Shown here: in pieces, positions 61,158 through 64,000 of the stretch | Numbering within the stretch: the first letter of the stretch is position 1 | How the letters are laid out: every line of letters starts with the position of its first letter | Assembly (NCBI GenBank): GCA_964637035.1 | Contig: CAZWTU010000001.1 | Coordinates: forward strand, 57,938-121,937 | Direction of reading: 5' to 3' | Length of the DNA: 64,000 bases | DNA from: an uncultured Tissierellaceae bacterium | Lineage (GTDB): Bacteria; Bacillota; Clostridia; Tissierellales; Tissierellaceae | Notes under the pieces: generated by a model | Told to the model about the DNA's origin: nothing | The model's input: the letters and a program-made list of their open reading frames with translations, nothing else | Database searches by the model: none | Position numbers and translations under genes: made by a program

Positions 61158-62600
61158 ATGAAATATATTAAAAGAGTTATATTAGAAAATTTTCAATCTC
61201 ATAAATATACGGTTGTTGATTTAGATAGTAGATTAAATGTTATTGTCGGTCCTTCTGACAGTGGAAAAACTGCCATTTTAAGAGGCATTAAATGGGCCCT
61301 TTATAATGAACCTTCTGGAGATTATTTTATTAGAGAAGGTGAATCTGAATGTGCCGTAACTATTATCTTTAGTGATGACACAAAGATAAAGAGATATAGG
61401 AGTAAAAGCAAAAATACCTATTATTTATATGATGAACTTGACACAGAACTAAAGTTTGAAGGATTTGGCACAAATGTACCAGATGAAATATTAGAAGCAA
61501 CTGGCATTAAAAAGATTTTACTAGACAAAAGTGTATCAAAAACAATCAATATTAGTGATCAATTAGAAGGTGCATTTCTACTTTCAGAAAAAGGTTCAAT
61601 AAGAGCTAGCTCTATAGGCTACCTAGTAGGCGTTGATATTATTGATGATGCCTTAAAAGAAACTTTAAGGGAAAGCAGAAGTTTGTCAAACAACAAGAGA
61701 ATTATTGATGATAACATTATAAAACTAGAGAAAGATTTATCTAAATATGATTATTTAGATGCATTAAGCAAAAAAGTGAGTAAATTAGAAAATATATTTA
61801 ATAAAATTGATTATAAAGAAAAACAATTAGTTAAATATAAAGAAATATTATTAAAAACTAGTGAAATAAAAGCTGAAACTCTTAAGCTAAATATTTATCT
61901 TAAAAAGCTTAGAAATTTCCATGATGCAGAACATTTATTCAGTAATATAGAATTAAAACTTATAAAATATAAACAATTAAACAAACAAAATTTATCTCTA
62001 AAAAAGACCAAAGTAAATATGCAAGTAAATAATAAAATCGTTACAAGCCTTGCAAATATAGATGTAGTTAAAGAAAATATTGATAAAATTTCTATATTGT
62101 TGGTTAAAAAATATAAATTAAATATTATAAATAAGAACATTAAATTAACTTCCAATAATATGAAAATTTACAAAAATATTATTAATAAGTTAATAAATTT
62201 AGATATGGTAGAAAATAATATAGAAAAAATTAACAATAACAATATTCAATTAAAAGTTTTATCCCAAATCAAAAAGAAAATAATTAATGTAAAACATAGT
62301 TTATCAATTGGTAGTGTATATATAAGTAAATTAAATGAAATAGATAGGATTTCAGATCAATCTTTAAAAATTGAAAAAAAATTAAATACTATTAACCATC
62401 TTATAAAATTATCATCTAATTTCTATGCTAATAGAAAAGCAATGGCTAAATTAAATAATGAAATTATAAATTATAAAAACAAATTTGATATTTTATCAAG
62501 TGAATATAAGGATATCCTTTTGAAGGAAGGTACTTGTCCCTTATGTTTTAGTGATATTGATAGTGAAAAAGCAAACCATATTATCGATCAATACAAGTAG
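61158..62600 (+). CDS. Rad50/SbcC-like ATPase, N-terminal half only (N-lobe + long coiled coil + C-terminal CxxC)
   Basis: The ATG abuts the upstream TAA. ILENFQSH and Walker A GPSDSGKT (61248-61271). About 300 aa of N/K/I/L-rich heptad-like sequence. CPLC at 62535-62546, 17 aa before the stop. No Walker B or signature motif. Confidence 0.7.
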   Translation: MKYIKRVILENFQSHKYTVVDLDSRLNVIVGPSDSGKTAILRGIKWALYNEPSGDYFIREGESECAVTIIFSDDTKIKRYRSKSKNTYYLYDELDTELKFEGFGTNVPDEILEATGIKKILLDKSVSKTINISDQLEGAFLLSEKGSIRASSIGYLVGVDIIDDALKETLRESRSLSNNKRIIDDNIIKLEKDLSKYDYLDALSKKVSKLENIFNKIDYKEKQLVKYKEILLKTSEIKAETLKLNIYLKKLRNFHDAEHLFSNIELKLIKYKQLNKQNLSLKKTKVNMQVNNKIVTSLANIDVVKENIDKISILLVKKYKLNIINKNIKLTSNNMKIYKNIINKLINLDMVENNIEKINNNNIQLKVLSQIKKKIINVKHSLSIGSVYISKLNEIDRISDQSLKIEKKLNTINHLIKLSSNFYANRKAMAKLNNEIINYKNKFDILSSEYKDILLKEGTCPLCFSDIDSEKANHIIDQYK

Positions 62601-62611
62601 GAGGTATAATT

Positions 62612-62860
62612 ATGGATTATGAGAAAGAATTAAGTACTTTAAAACAGAATTTAGAACAAGTTAAAAACCTAAAGTATAAGGCAGAGGCTCGATTAGAGCA
62701 GTTAAATCATCAAGAAGAAGAAATAAATAAGGAATTAAAGGAATTAGGGGTAAGGCCTGAGGATTTGGAAAGTGAAATTGATAAATTAACTTTAGAAATA
62801 GAAAGACTATTTGTAGAAGCTAATAGTTTAATTCCAAAAGATTTACTAGAAAAGAAGTGA
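62612..62860 (+). CDS. 82-aa predicted coiled-coil protein
   Basis: AGGAGG SD 7 nt upstream of the ATG. E/K/L-rich heptad-like sequence (LSTLKQNLEQVKNLKYKAEARLEQLNHQEEEINKELKEL). In a different frame from both neighbours. Confidence 0.5.
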   Translation: MDYEKELSTLKQNLEQVKNLKYKAEARLEQLNHQEEEINKELKELGVRPEDLESEIDKLTLEIERLFVEANSLIPKDLLEKK

Positions 62861-62864
62861 TATA

Positions 62865-63518
62865 ATGATTAATAATTCTAAAGAATTAAAAGGCAATTTA
62901 AACGAGCTAAAAGAATTTTTAGCTCGTGAAACTGGTAAGAGAGATAAAACTAAAGAACAATTGCAAGCTTTTAAGGAAAATGCTAAACAAAAAGAAGATA
63001 AAGTAGAATTACTAGGTAAAGTTGGTATATTATTGCAAAGAACTTCTGAGTATGCAAGAAGTCAAGCCAAAATCCAAGTTGAATCTTTGGTTACCAAGTG
63101 CTTGCAATATATATTTGAAACTAATATTGAGTTTTTAATTGAAATTGACGAGCAAAGAGGTAAATCAAATGCTGAATTCTACGTAATAAATGAATTAGAA
63201 GATATACTAATTAAAACCAAACCTGAATTGTCAAGGGGTGGTGGAGTAGTTGACATTGTTTCTCTAGCATTACGAATTGCATTTCTTCAAACACATAAGC
63301 CTAAAATTCAAGGGCCTTTAATATTAGATGAGCCTGGTAAACATGTAAGCGATGAATATATTTTCAATGTTGCTGAATTTTTAAAGCAAACTTCTGAACT
63401 TTTTAATAGACAAATTATTATGGTTACTCATAACAATCATTTAGCTGCAATTGGAAGTAATTCTTATAAAGTCGATTTAAAAGGTTCCATTACTTCTCTT
63501 ACTAAGATAACATACTAA
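62865..63518 (+). CDS. Rad50/SbcC-like ATPase, C-terminal half only (short coiled coil + ABC C-lobe)
   Basis: ATG 4 nt after the upstream TGA. Signature-like ELSRGGG, Walker B PLILDEPG, H-loop IIMVTHN. No Walker A. Confidence 0.7.
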   Translation: MINNSKELKGNLNELKEFLARETGKRDKTKEQLQAFKENAKQKEDKVELLGKVGILLQRTSEYARSQAKIQVESLVTKCLQYIFETNIEFLIEIDEQRGKSNAEFYVINELEDILIKTKPELSRGGGVVDIVSLALRIAFLQTHKPKIQGPLILDEPGKHVSDEYIFNVAEFLKQTSELFNRQIIMVTHNNHLAAIGSNSYKVDLKGSITSLTKITY

Positions 63519-63525
63519 TAATATC

Positions 63526-63554
63526 TTGACATTACCTTTTAAAAGTAATAAAAT
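63526..63554 (+). promoter_or_regulatory. Sigma-A-type promoter for rny
   Basis: -35 TTGACA (63526-63531), 17-nt spacer, -10 TAAAAT (63549-63554). About 130-nt leader. Confidence 0.6.
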
Positions 63555-63690
63555 TGAATTGTATGTATCTATAAATGTTTATTGTTTTGATTTAATAAAC
63601 TTATATTTTTATATAAAAAGGTTTATTGTTAATAATAATAAAAATATGTTATGGAATTTGAAAACTTAATACAAATGGAGGTGTTTAATC

Positions 63691-64000
63691 ATTCAAAATT
63701 TACTAATTAGTGCAATTCTTGGAGCAATTATTGGAATTATTGCTGGATATTTTATAAGAAAAAATATCGGTGAAGGTAAGATAAATAATGCTGAAGAAGT
63801 AGCTAAAAAATTAATTAATGATGCAGAAAGAGATGCAGAAGCTAATAAAAAAGCTCTTGTAGTAGAAGCAAAAGAAGAAATGCTTAGATTGAAAAATGAA
63901 GTGGAAAAAGAAAATCGTGAAAGAAGATCAGAAATTCAGAAACTTGAAAAACGCATTATCACCAAAGAAGAAAATATTGAAAGAAAATCTGAAAACTTAG
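63691..64000 (+). CDS. rny: Ribonuclease Y, 5' part (runs off window); apparent non-canonical ATT/ATC start
   Basis: The frame from 63691 gives (I)QNLLISAILGAIIGIIAGYFIRKNIGEGKINNAEEVAKKLINDAERDAEANKKALVVEAKEEMLRLKNEVEKENRERRSEIQKLEKRI. This matches the TM plus coiled-coil N-terminus of B. subtilis RNase Y as I recall it. GGAGGTG at 63677-63683. No ATG/GTG/TTG between the in-frame stop at 63667 and the TM helix. Confidence 0.85.
   Translation, partial: MQNLLISAILGAIIGIIAGYFIRKNIGEGKINNAEEVAKKLINDAERDAEANKKALVVEAKEEMLRLKNEVEKENRERRSEIQKLEKRIITKEENIERKSENL

Noticed and set aside
60100-63560. Possibility that the recA-rny cluster is a prophage remnant or mobile island.
   Set aside because: I saw no integrase, transposase, tRNA target or flanking direct repeats. 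The boundaries coincide with the recA terminator and the rny promoter. Horizontal origin cannot be excluded without composition statistics or comparative genomics, but no mobile-element call is supported.
63594-63627. Inverted repeat AATAAAC...GTTTATT in the rny leader.
   Set aside because: Only about 9 pairs (one G-U), all but one A-U, with a large A/U loop and no clear U-tract. This is too weak to call a terminator or regulatory structure.
63675-63710. 11-codon ORF (MEVFNHSKFTN*) starting at the only ATG near the rny start.
   Set aside because: It has no SD upstream; its own first codons are the GGAGGTG that serves as the SD for the rny frame. It is out of frame with the conserved RNase Y sequence. 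It is kept only as a caveat, since a 1-2 nt sequencing error could link it to rny.

Overview
AT-rich, low-GC Firmicutes (Clostridia/Tissierellia-like) chromosomal segment; GC was judged by eye and no species call is possible. Every credible gene (about 68 CDS) lies on the + strand, and all minus-strand ORFs in the track look like antisense shadows. Block 1 (1-30.4 kb) is a Bacillus/Clostridium-type fla/che super-operon. It runs fliF (5'-truncated by the window edge), fliG, fliH, fliI, fliJ, a long YlxF/MotE-like gene, fliK, flgD, a small flagellar-operon gene and flgE. It continues with flbD, motA, motB, fliL, fliM, fliY, cheY, fliO, fliP, fliQ, fliR, flhB, flhA, flhF, flhG, a PilZ gene, cheB, cheA, cheW, cheC, cheD and sigD. 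It ends with a FapA/DUF342 gene and two small unknowns. Block 2 (30.5-59 kb) is the conserved housekeeping run rpsB-tsf-pyrH-frr-uppS-cdsA-rseP-ispG-polC-rimP-nusA-ylxR-infB-rbfA-nrnA-truB-ribF-rpsO-pnp. This is followed by a sporulation-type polysaccharide deacetylase, dut, ymxH-like, tepA-like, ftsK/spoIIIE, rimO, pgsA and cinA. Block 3 (59-64 kb) holds recA with a Cheo-type LexA box, then a tightly packed four-gene cluster, then the 5' end of rny. The cluster encodes an Mre11/SbcD-like phosphoesterase plus a Rad50/SbcC-like ATPase that appears to be encoded in three separate ORFs. The first break falls right after a CxxC hook-like motif. This cluster is the best candidate for something undescribed; a decayed single gene cannot be excluded from the sequence alone. 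Other points worth a second look are an apparent non-canonical (ATT/ATC) start for rny, a perfect 27-bp hairpin after the ymxH-like gene, and a perfect 16-bp palindrome over the rpsB promoter. Two more are a promoter-then-terminator leader in front of rimP-nusA-infB and an SD-hairpin-AUG arrangement at recA. I saw no rRNA, tRNA, CRISPR array, IS element or integrase. All family assignments come from motif recognition and synteny recalled from memory; no searches were run.
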